NCBI GenBank assembly: GCA_944387735.1
Contig: CALXGF010000068.1
Span: forward strand, 1-36,121
Length of the DNA: 36,121 nt
Reading direction: 5' to 3'
Source: an uncultured Oscillospiraceae bacterium
GTDB taxonomy: Bacteria; Bacillota; Clostridia; Oscillospirales; Oscillospiraceae
This document shows, piece by piece, positions 23,879-32,014 of the stretch. A program made the translations under genes and the position numbers. The notes below the pieces were generated by a model. That model did no database searches. It had not been told where the DNA came from and worked only from the letters and a program-made list of their open reading frames with translations. Each line of letters opens with the position of its first letter. Within the stretch, counting starts at the first letter, position 1.

Positions 23879-23944
23879 TGGGCTTATCTCCTCATCTAAG
23901 GCTATCTTGATTGTGCAAAAGCATAGTTACAAGACGCAAAGAGA

Positions 23945-23973
23945 ATTGTATCACAGCGTACCCGGTATTGCAA
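23945..23973 (-). promoter_or_regulatory. Candidate rpmE promoter (TTGCAA, 17-nt spacer, TACAAT, with TGn extended -10) on the minus strand
   Basis: On the minus strand, TTGCAA corresponds to plus-strand 23968-23973 and TGATACAAT ends at plus-strand 23945. It lies about 65 nt upstream of the rpmE ATG. Confidence 0.5.
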
Positions 23974-23988
23974 GCCTTTTTGAAAAAA

Positions 23989-26900
23989 TCATTTTATCTC
24001 CACCGTCTTCCCCGGCGAGATAAAATAAAGCAGGCGCTGCTTTACCTTCTTGCCCCGGATACGCTCCATTGCGGCGGCATAGCTCAGCAGCTGGCCCCTA
24101 TAAAAGGCGCTGCGCTTTGCGATCTCCTCCGCCGTCCTTACCCGGTCGGTCTTGTAGTCTATAAGCACAAGCCCGTCCTCTTCCTCCAGGCAGCAGTCCA
24201 CCACTCCCTGGAGCAGCAGCTGCTCTCCGGCGGCTTTGCCGAAAATCTCCCCCGCATCCCACAGCAGGGAAAATTTAAACTCTCTGTAGAGCTCTTTGCA
24301 GTCTTTCATTCTCTGTCCCAGGGGGGAGTCGAAGAGCTTCTTTACCGCTTTTATATCCACGGCCCGGGCCTCCCGAAGAGAGAGGAAGCCCTGGTTCTGC
24401 AGCCGCTGAGCCTCGGCCTCTATCTCCTCCAGGCTGCCGCTGCGGGAAAAGTCCATGTATTGCAGCAGCAAATGGGTGGCCACGCCCTTTTCCGCCCCGG
24501 TGAGAGGCCGCTCCGCTCCGGTAAAGTCCGGCATGCGAAAGATGCCGGAGGGCTTTTCCGTCAAGTCCACCGCCTCGGCGTCCCGCTCCCAGCGGCCCTT
24601 CATCTCTGTTGCAGTGACCTTGGACGGCAGCTCCTCCGCCGCCGAATAGGGATAGACAAAGTTCAGCTCCCGCTCCAGCTCCTTGAGCTCCGCCGGGTCC
24701 GCCGCCGGCGCCTCCTCCTGCTTTTGAAGCTTTTCAGCCTCCCCGAGCTCCTGCCCCGGCAGGCTCAGGCTCAGACGCTTTCCCCCATCCGCCAAGGCGG
24801 CATATATGAGCCAGTTCACCATGGCCCCCGCCTGCCCCAGCAGTTCCGGAGCCATGGGTCTGGTCACCAGGCTTTTAGCCTTTGCCACGGCATCCTTGGG
24901 TCTCTTCATGGCGGCGGTAATAAACAGCCGCTCCTTGGCCCTGGTCATGGCTACGTACAAAAGGCGCAGCTCCTCTGAGAGAGTCTCCCGCTCCAGGCGC
25001 AGCTTTATGGCGTTTCTGGCCAGGGTGGGATATTCCACACGTCGCTCCGTATCCGTGAGCTTCGGCCCCAGGCCCAGCTCCGGATGCACCAGCACCGTGT
25101 CCCGGCTGTCCTGCTTGTTAAAGCGTCTGGCCGTGTCGCAGAGGAACACTACCGGAAACTCCAGACCCTTGGACTTGTGTATACTCATTATCTGCACAGC
25201 CGAGCTCTCCCCGGTCCCCAGCGCCGGCTCCAGGCCCTTTTCGCCGAGCTTTCTCAGCCACAGCACAAAGCGGTGCAGGCCCCTGTAGCCGCTGCTCTCA
25301 TACCTCTCCGCCAGGGTAATAAAGGCCATGAGCCGCTCCCGCCGGCGTTCTCCATCCTCCATGGCGCTGCACAGGGCCAGCAGATCCAGTTTTGACAGCA
25401 GCAGCCAGCTCAGCTCAGCCATGGACATGTCCGCCGCCAGGTCCCGCAGCTGCTCCAGCAGCTCCAGAAATGCCCGGCATTTATCGTTTTTCTCCCCGGC
25501 GGCTCTCAGGGCGGTATAGAAGTCCCCCTGTCTGCCGGCGCTGCGTATCTCCACCAGCTCGTCGGGAGTAAAGGCAAAGGCCGGGGAGCGGAGTACGGCG
25601 ATAAGGGGCACGTCCTGGTGGGGATTGTCCAGCACCGCTAACAGGGACGTCAGTGTAGACACCTCCAGGGAATCAAAGTAGTCTCCCCCCTGGGCGGCGG
25701 AGACCGGTATGCCCCGCTCCATGAAGACCCTGCGATAGACTGTACCCACCGCATTGGCCGAGCGAAGGAGTATGGCAATGTCCCCGTAATTCAGCGCCCT
25801 TGGCCCGTTTCTGTCGGATACCGTGCAGCCGCCCTCTATCAGCTCCCGTATCTTTTCCGCCACATAGGCGGCCTCCCGGTCGGTCTTGTCCGGACTGTCC
25901 TCCTCCCCCTCGTCCTCTACATCCAGCAAAACAAGCTCCGGCGGCGGCACGCTGCCGGTATAGCTTGCGCCGTACTTCAGGGCCGCAGCCGCATCATAGT
26001 CCACATCTCCCAGCCGTCGGGACATACACAGGCCGAAAACGGCGTTGGCCCCCTCCAGTATCTCCCGGCGGGAGCGGAAATTCTCGCTAAGCAGTATCCT
26101 CCTGGGCTGCCCCGGCAGGGCGGGACCCTGGGCGTAGCCCAGGTACTTCTCGGTAAATATTTTGGGGTCCGCCAGGCGGAAACGGTATATGGACTGCTTC
26201 ACGTCTCCCACCATGAACAGGTTTTTTCCTTCCCTGGATACGGCTCGGAATATGGCATCCTGTACCCGGCTCACATCCTGATACTCGTCCACCATTATCT
26301 CCCCGTAACGCCGGGACAACTGCCGGGCCAGGTCCGTAGGCTGCCCGTCCTCGCCGCTGAGGAGCCGGGCGGCATAGTGTTCCAGATCCGAGTAGTCCAC
26401 CAGAGATCGCTGGCGCTTGTCCTTTTCAAACTCCCGGTCGAAGTCCAATGTCAGCTCCAGCAGGGCCTCCATGGCCGGAGCCGTCCGGGCCAGCTCCCGG
26501 AGGAGCTGCTCCGAGGGGGCATACAACAGCTCTTCAATGGACTTCATGGCTTTCTTGCATGCCTCCCGCCGCTCCTTCAGCATGGAGGGCATAAGGGGAT
26601 TTGAGCAATCTCTCAGGCCCTTGAGCCGGTTAAAGCTCACCGGCAGACAGTCTCTGGCCCTGTCCCAGCCCAGGCTCAGGCTGCGGCACAGCTCCCTTAT
26701 GTCCTCCGCCGTGCGGCTGAAGCTCTCCATATAGGCGGCTCTTATCTTCGCATCCGGAGCCATCAGCCTTATGAGCCGTTCCATCTCTCCGGCCCAGTAG
26801 GCGGCAATATTTCCAACCTGCTCCAAAATCTCCCGGCCCCAGGGCGTGTCTCCCGCATCCCCTGCCGGGGCCTTCAGCGCCGCCACCTGCTCCCTGGCCC

Positions 26901-27480
26901 ATTTTTCAGGTCGTGCATGGCACTGCATACGGCTGTGTAGGCTCAGCACCAGCGCCGCCAGCCGCTCGTCGGAGCGGCCCGCCCCTACCGTGTCCGCCAG
27001 GCTGAGAAAGCCGGGAAAGTCCTGGGCCTTGGCGTACCGTTTCTCCAGCACTCGCTCCAGGGCCGCTTCCTTCATGGTCTCGGAGCGCTCCTCGTCCACT
27101 ATCCTGAAGTCGGGGCTCAGACCCAGCAGCTGGCAGTTCTCTCTCAGCAGTGAGGCGCAGAAGCTGTGGATGGTGCCTATCTGAGCTCTGGAGCAGAGGG
27201 CGTTTTGACGGCGCAGCCGACGGTTCCCCGGCTCCTTGGCCAGCCTCTCACCCAGCTCCTCCATTATCCTGCCCCGAAGTTCTCCGGCAGCAGCCCTGGT
27301 AAAGGTTATTATGAGAAAGCTGTCCAGGTCCATAGGCTCCTTGCTGTCGCAAATACGGCTCATGAGCCTTTCTGTGAGGACCCTGGTCTTGCCGCTGCCC
27401 GCTCCTGCGGACACCAGCAGGGCGCCTCCCCTGGCCTCTATGGCCTCGGCCTGGGCGGGCGTGGCTTTGAATTCACTCAT
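23989..27480 (-). CDS. addA: ATP-dependent helicase/nuclease AddA (UvrD-type helicase plus RecB-type nuclease)
   Basis: Helicase motif I SAGAGSGKT. Motifs VDEYQD and the C-terminal nuclease motif LVLIDYKTD. 1163 aa. The ATG overlaps the addB stop by 8 nt. Confidence 0.92.
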   Translation of the reverse strand: MSEFKATPAQAEAIEARGGALLVSAGAGSGKTRVLTERLMSRICDSKEPMDLDSFLIITFTRAAAGELRGRIMEELGERLAKEPGNRRLRRQNALCSRAQIGTIHSFCASLLRENCQLLGLSPDFRIVDEERSETMKEAALERVLEKRYAKAQDFPGFLSLADTVGAGRSDERLAALVLSLHSRMQCHARPEKWAREQVAALKAPAGDAGDTPWGREILEQVGNIAAYWAGEMERLIRLMAPDAKIRAAYMESFSRTAEDIRELCRSLSLGWDRARDCLPVSFNRLKGLRDCSNPLMPSMLKERREACKKAMKSIEELLYAPSEQLLRELARTAPAMEALLELTLDFDREFEKDKRQRSLVDYSDLEHYAARLLSGEDGQPTDLARQLSRRYGEIMVDEYQDVSRVQDAIFRAVSREGKNLFMVGDVKQSIYRFRLADPKIFTEKYLGYAQGPALPGQPRRILLSENFRSRREILEGANAVFGLCMSRRLGDVDYDAAAALKYGASYTGSVPPPELVLLDVEDEGEEDSPDKTDREAAYVAEKIRELIEGGCTVSDRNGPRALNYGDIAILLRSANAVGTVYRRVFMERGIPVSAAQGGDYFDSLEVSTLTSLLAVLDNPHQDVPLIAVLRSPAFAFTPDELVEIRSAGRQGDFYTALRAAGEKNDKCRAFLELLEQLRDLAADMSMAELSWLLLSKLDLLALCSAMEDGERRRERLMAFITLAERYESSGYRGLHRFVLWLRKLGEKGLEPALGTGESSAVQIMSIHKSKGLEFPVVFLCDTARRFNKQDSRDTVLVHPELGLGPKLTDTERRVEYPTLARNAIKLRLERETLSEELRLLYVAMTRAKERLFITAAMKRPKDAVAKAKSLVTRPMAPELLGQAGAMVNWLIYAALADGGKRLSLSLPGQELGEAEKLQKQEEAPAADPAELKELERELNFVYPYSAAEELPSKVTATEMKGRWERDAEAVDLTEKPSGIFRMPDFTGAERPLTGAEKGVATHLLLQYMDFSRSGSLEEIEAEAQRLQNQGFLSLREARAVDIKAVKKLFDSPLGQRMKDCKELYREFKFSLLWDAGEIFGKAAGEQLLLQGVVDCCLEEEDGLVLIDYKTDRVRTAEEIAKRSAFYRGQLLSYAAAMERIRGKKVKQRLLYFISPGKTVEIK

Positions 27481-30400
27481 CTTCTTTTCCTCCTTCCAGC
27501 AGCGCCCAGAGCTTTTCCCCGGAGAGCTTGGGCATGTAGCGGCAGCTCTCCCCGTTTTCTCCCTGGGAGAAATGGCAGGCGTCGTAATAGTCGCAGTTGA
27601 TGCAGGCGTTCTCCTGCTGGCTGCGGTAATAGGGGTCGGCAGCTATATTGCCCTGGCGCAGCTGTTTTGCCATACCCCGGAGCGTCCGGGCTATGTGCCG
27701 GCGCAGTATGCCCATGCGTTCCAGAGAGGCCAGAGCCTCCGCCGTGGGCTTGCCGGAGCGGAACTTCACCGGGATATAGCTCTTGTCTTTCCCCTGTTCC
27801 CAGGCTTCCAGCAGCTCCATATCATCCAGCACCAGGCCGCTGCGCCGTACCTCCTCCAAACGCTTGGCCTCCGCCTCCCCGGTCTCCGGGGCTCGGCCCA
27901 GGCTCAAAATGGCGTTACGGGCCGGTATGTACATTACTCCGGCGGGGACTATCTCATAACCGTAACGCCGCCTTCCGTCCCGCTCCAGTGCGAAAAGATA
28001 CAGCAGCATCTGCAGTCCCATGCCGTACCAGACATCGGAGAGGCTGAACTTTTTCTTCCCGGTCTTGTAGTCCACTACCCGCAGATACAGCTTTCCATCA
28101 TGTAACCAGCCGTCCACCCGGTCGGCTATGCCGCTGAGAGTCAGGCGGTCCTCCCCCTCCCCCAGCTCTATGGGGGGAAATTCATTTGCATCGGAGAAGT
28201 CCAGCTCGAAATCCAGCGGCGCAAAGTCCGAACGGCGCAGCTCCGCCGCCATGTCCTCCACTACCTGGTACACGTCCTTTTTCAATCTCCTGAATAGATA
28301 TATGAAGCGGCTGGACTTCTCCTGGAAATCCTCCAGCTCCTCCGTTATAAACCTCTCTATGTATTTATCGCACAGTTCCCGCAGCTTCTCCCGGTCCACA
28401 GCCTTGAAGCCCCCCAGAGCCTTCACCTCCCTGGCGGTGTTCTCCAGCACATAGTGCATGAAGCTGCCTATCTCCGGAGGGCTGAAGCTGGCGGGCCTAT
28501 TGGGCTTTGCCCTCAGGCCGTACTGGCAGAAATATGCGAATTTGCAGCCGGCAAACTTGTCTATCCGTGAGGCGCTGAGCCGCAGGCGTTTGCCGTAGAG
28601 CTTCTCCACCATGGCGGGGGACAGGCGGCCCCGGCCCAGTCTCGCCGCAGATTCCAGTCTGGCCATACGCTCAGGCTGCCGCTGCCGGAAGTACTCCGCC
28701 GCAGCCTGCGCCAGGCTGTCGCCGCCCTTTATAGCGGCTGCCGCCAGGCTCAGGGCCGGGCCCTCCGCCGCTCTCCGCACTCGGCCCAGGTCCACTCTTT
28801 TTTCCTCCAGGCCGAATATTGCCTTCGCCCGATTAAAGACAAAGGCCGCTCGCAGCTCGCCTCCCTCCCCGTCGGTCAGAGGACAGCTGAGCAGCAGGCT
28901 CTCCGAGGGCAGGCTAAGGCCGTTATATATGAGGGAAAATTCCCGCCAAAGCTCCCCCTCTCCGCCGCCGCCCAGGTCCAGCTCCAGCTCCAGCAGCCGC
29001 TGACGCTCATCCTGAGAGAAGATGCCCGCCGCCTCCTGCACGTAGGGCAGCCTCTGGTCCGAGGCCCCCAGCACAATGAGGTGCTTCAGGCTGCGGCGGC
29101 GGTTGCGGTCAAAATCCCCGGCGCTGACCCGGTCCAGGGATACGGGAATGGTGCCGATATCATACTTGGAGAGCATCAGCACAAAGAGCTTTCCGAACTC
29201 CTCCATGTCCATGGGGCTATCCCCCAATATGGCGGCAAACTGCTCCAGAGCCGACACGCTTATATCCCAGAGCTGCCGGTATTCCGCCGCCAGCTCCTCC
29301 CGGCCTTCCTCCACAAGCTTTCCGGAGCGCCGTTCCAAAGTCTCACCCAGCCTCAGCTCCTCCAGCAGACTGGCAAAGGCGCGGCTCTGGTCCAGAGCCG
29401 TCTCCGCCTGGGAGGCCGCCTGATAGTAGTTCAGCAGGGGACGGCTTATAAAGCGGCGGGCAGCGTTTATTTGCTCCAGCCGCTCCTCCGCCCACCGGTC
29501 GTATTCCATGCCGTAGCCGTCCGGGTGCTGCCGCCAGCTGCGGCTGCGCTCCCAGGCCGGAGCCCTCAGCTGCCATTTGAAGATGTAGCTCTCCAAGAGA
29601 TCGCAGCCGTCCCTATCCAGGCCGGTGAGGCCGGTGCGCAGATAAGTTGCCACCTCGTCCACAGCCCAGCCGGAGCGATGTATATCAAAAACTCCGCTGA
29701 TAAGCGCCGCCAGTGGGCGGGACAGCACTTCGCTTTTCCGGACGGTATACAGAGGAACCCCGTAATGGCGGAAGGCGCTCTCCAGACTGCCCCGGTAGTC
29801 CTCAAAGCCCCGGACCAGGATGGAGATATCCCTCCAGCGGCAGCCCCTGCAGCGCACCAGCTCCAGAGCCTTGGAGGCCGCCAGCTCGCACTCGGCGGAG
29901 ATATTCTCCCCCCTGTACAGCTCCAGGGCCCCCGTGTCCCCGGTGAACTGCGTCCGGGCAAAGGAAAACATATTGTCGCTGAAAAAGCTTAAAGCCGCCG
30001 CCTTTCCCCCGTCTCCCTCCAGCTGCTCCACCGAGCTGTTCAGGCCCAGATCCCGGGCCTGCCTCAGCAGGAAGCGTCCGGAGCGGCGGGACAGCTCGTA
30101 TATCTCATCCTCACCCTCCAAGCTGTCCACAGTCAAACACACGGTGAGCTGTACGCCCTTTTTCATAAGAGCCATAAGCAGCTCCAGCTCCTGGCGGGTA
30201 AAGTCGGTAAAGCCGTCCACATAGACCCAGGTGTTTTCGTCCATGTCGCTTTCCTCTATTTGCCCGGCCAGCTCCGTGAGCCGGTCCGCCGGGTCGGCGT
30301 GGCCCCGGCTCACTACGGCGTCGTAAGCCTCCAGCACCAGGGCCATGTCCCGGAGCTTATCTCCAAGGGCGCCCTCGCACTCCTCCGCAGCAGCGAGAAG

Positions 30401-30808
30401 CTGCTGCGAGCCTATGGAGGCGCTCTTAAGTTCGTCCAGCTCCCGCAGCAGCATGTCCTGGAGTTCCGGCCGCCGGTCGGCGGAGGAATAGACTTTCAGC
30501 CGGGGGCCTATGTCCCTGAGCGCCAGGGCCATGCACAAAAGCCGCCCGCCCTTGTCCAGATAGGGCTTGCCGCTGCCTCCAACCCGGCCAGCCATGCGCC
30601 GGGCCAGGCCCGTGAAGCTGAACACCTCCCCGTAAAGGGAGAGGCTGTCGCCGCAGCGCAGGCACAACTCCCGCTCCGCCTCGTGGCTGTACTGCTCCGG
30701 GACTATCAGCAGCCTGGAGCCCTGCCTTTTCTCCACGGCCTGCCTTATCTCCTCAATTATGGCGGCGGTCTTGCCGGTGCCCGCCTTGCCGGTTATAAGC
30801 CTCAGCAT
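27473..30808 (-). CDS. addB: ATP-dependent helicase/nuclease AddB (Fe-S nuclease subunit)
   Basis: N-terminal GKAGTGKT. C-terminal nuclease motif RVVDYKTGK. The Cys cluster FAGCKF ... CINCDYYDAC matches the AddB 4Fe-4S ligand pattern. 1111 aa. Confidence 0.9.
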   Translation of the reverse strand: MLRLITGKAGTGKTAAIIEEIRQAVEKRQGSRLLIVPEQYSHEAERELCLRCGDSLSLYGEVFSFTGLARRMAGRVGGSGKPYLDKGGRLLCMALALRDIGPRLKVYSSADRRPELQDMLLRELDELKSASIGSQQLLAAAEECEGALGDKLRDMALVLEAYDAVVSRGHADPADRLTELAGQIEESDMDENTWVYVDGFTDFTRQELELLMALMKKGVQLTVCLTVDSLEGEDEIYELSRRSGRFLLRQARDLGLNSSVEQLEGDGGKAAALSFFSDNMFSFARTQFTGDTGALELYRGENISAECELAASKALELVRCRGCRWRDISILVRGFEDYRGSLESAFRHYGVPLYTVRKSEVLSRPLAALISGVFDIHRSGWAVDEVATYLRTGLTGLDRDGCDLLESYIFKWQLRAPAWERSRSWRQHPDGYGMEYDRWAEERLEQINAARRFISRPLLNYYQAASQAETALDQSRAFASLLEELRLGETLERRSGKLVEEGREELAAEYRQLWDISVSALEQFAAILGDSPMDMEEFGKLFVLMLSKYDIGTIPVSLDRVSAGDFDRNRRRSLKHLIVLGASDQRLPYVQEAAGIFSQDERQRLLELELDLGGGGEGELWREFSLIYNGLSLPSESLLLSCPLTDGEGGELRAAFVFNRAKAIFGLEEKRVDLGRVRRAAEGPALSLAAAAIKGGDSLAQAAAEYFRQRQPERMARLESAARLGRGRLSPAMVEKLYGKRLRLSASRIDKFAGCKFAYFCQYGLRAKPNRPASFSPPEIGSFMHYVLENTAREVKALGGFKAVDREKLRELCDKYIERFITEELEDFQEKSSRFIYLFRRLKKDVYQVVEDMAAELRRSDFAPLDFELDFSDANEFPPIELGEGEDRLTLSGIADRVDGWLHDGKLYLRVVDYKTGKKKFSLSDVWYGMGLQMLLYLFALERDGRRRYGYEIVPAGVMYIPARNAILSLGRAPETGEAEAKRLEEVRRSGLVLDDMELLEAWEQGKDKSYIPVKFRSGKPTAEALASLERMGILRRHIARTLRGMAKQLRQGNIAADPYYRSQQENACINCDYYDACHFSQGENGESCRYMPKLSGEKLWALLEGGKEDE

Positions 30809-30835
30809 CTTCTTCTCCTCCAGTCTTCCTCTGCA

Positions 30836-31264
30836 TCAGTCCCGGTGGGCCCGGTCATAGGCCCCCTTTATCTCCTCCGGCAGCAGGTCGATAATGCCCT
30901 CTTCGCCGCCCTGGGCCAGGGCCTGCTCATAGTACCAGCATTTGAAGCGCAGCATGTCCAGGGTCCTTTCCAGCTGGTGAAGCTCGGCCTCTACCGCTGC
31001 CTTCTGCCGCCGGAACAGCTCCAGCCGCTCCGGATAGGTCTCCTTGCCCTGGGCGCACCAGAGCATGAACTGCTTTATATCCTTTATCTCCATACCGGAA
31101 CGCTTCAGGCACTCGATGACCCGCAGGGCCTCCAGCTCCCGCTCCCCAAAACGGCGTATCCCCGAGGTGCGCTCAAGGCCGGGGAAAAGCCCCTCCCTGT
31201 CATAATACCGCAGAGTGGATATGGGTACCCCGAACAGCTCCGACACCTGGCCTATTGTATACAT
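30836..31264 (-). CDS. MerR-family transcriptional regulator, NmlR/AdhR-like (Cys52-type, no metal-binding C-terminal Cys pair)
   Basis: Internal start MYTIGQVSELFGVPISTLRYYDREGL (MerR HTH). A coiled-coil dimerisation helix is present. A single conserved-position Cys lies in VIECLKRSG (residue 52 counted from the ATG at 31264). Confidence 0.88.
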   Translation of the reverse strand: MYTIGQVSELFGVPISTLRYYDREGLFPGLERTSGIRRFGERELEALRVIECLKRSGMEIKDIKQFMLWCAQGKETYPERLELFRRQKAAVEAELHQLERTLDMLRFKCWYYEQALAQGGEEGIIDLLPEEIKGAYDRAHRD

Positions 31265-31307
31265 GGCAGCCTCCCGCAAAAAAATTTTCAAAACTCTCAA
31301 AAACATC

Positions 31308-31338
31308 TTGACCTAAAGTTAGCTTTAGGTGTTATCAT
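31308..31338 (+). promoter_or_regulatory. MerR-type promoter/operator: TTGACC, 19-nt spacer, TATCAT, with a dyad inside the spacer
   Basis: -35 TTGACC at 31308-31313 and -10 TATCAT at 31333-31338, giving a 19-nt spacer. The dyad ACCTAAAG-TTAG-CTTTAGGT lies at 31311-31330. It sits between the divergent merR gene and the flavoprotein operon. Confidence 0.75.
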
Positions 31339-31457
31339 TAGGGTATCACAGGGCGGCTGGAAAGTCAAGCCGCAGTCTGTGAGGGGGGAGTATGTCCAGG
31401 AAGATGCCGGTAGGGCTGATCCCGCTTTCCCCTCGGACTTTCCAGGGAGGTTATACA

Positions 31458-32000
31458 ATGGCAAAAAAGATTCTGGTCATCAGCACCAGCCTTAGAGAGC
31501 GCAGCAATTCCCGGTCTTTGGCAGAGGCTTTTGCCGCAGGGGCCGTCGCCGCCGGCCATGAGGTGGAGACGGTCTCGCTGCGAGATAAGCAGATATCCTT
31601 CTGCCGGGGCTGCTTTGCCTGTCTCAAGCTGGGCCGCTGCGTAATTAAGGATGACGCCCCTGCCATCGTGGAAAAAATGCACGACGCTGAGGTCATAGCT
31701 TTTGCCAGTCCCATTTACTACTATGAGATGAGCGGACAGATGAAGACCCTGCTGGACCGGGCCAATTCCCTTTTTGACTCCGACTACGCCTTCAGGCAGG
31801 TATTTCTGCTCACCGCCGCTGCGGAGGAGGAAGAGCAGGTGCCGGAGAGGGCCATAGCCGGTCTGGAGGGCTGGGTGGAGTGCTTCCCCCGGGCAAGTCT
31901 TGCCGGCGCCGTATTTGCCGGAGGTCTTAACGGCGAGGGTGAAATAGCCGGGCATCCGGCTCTTAAAAAAGCCTATGACATGGGCGCAGCTATAAAATAA
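31458..32000 (+). CDS. Flavodoxin-like NAD(P)H-dependent FMN reductase, iron-sulfur flavoprotein (Isf)-like
   Basis: Internal start MAKKILVISTSLRERSNS (FMN phosphate-binding loop). Compact Cys motif CRGCFACLKLGRC (CX2CX2CX5C). AGGGAGG RBS upstream. Confidence 0.8.
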   Translation: MAKKILVISTSLRERSNSRSLAEAFAAGAVAAGHEVETVSLRDKQISFCRGCFACLKLGRCVIKDDAPAIVEKMHDAEVIAFASPIYYYEMSGQMKTLLDRANSLFDSDYAFRQVFLLTAAAEEEEQVPERAIAGLEGWVECFPRASLAGAVFAGGLNGEGEIAGHPALKKAYDMGAAIK

Positions 32001-32014
32001 GGAGGAAATTTCAA

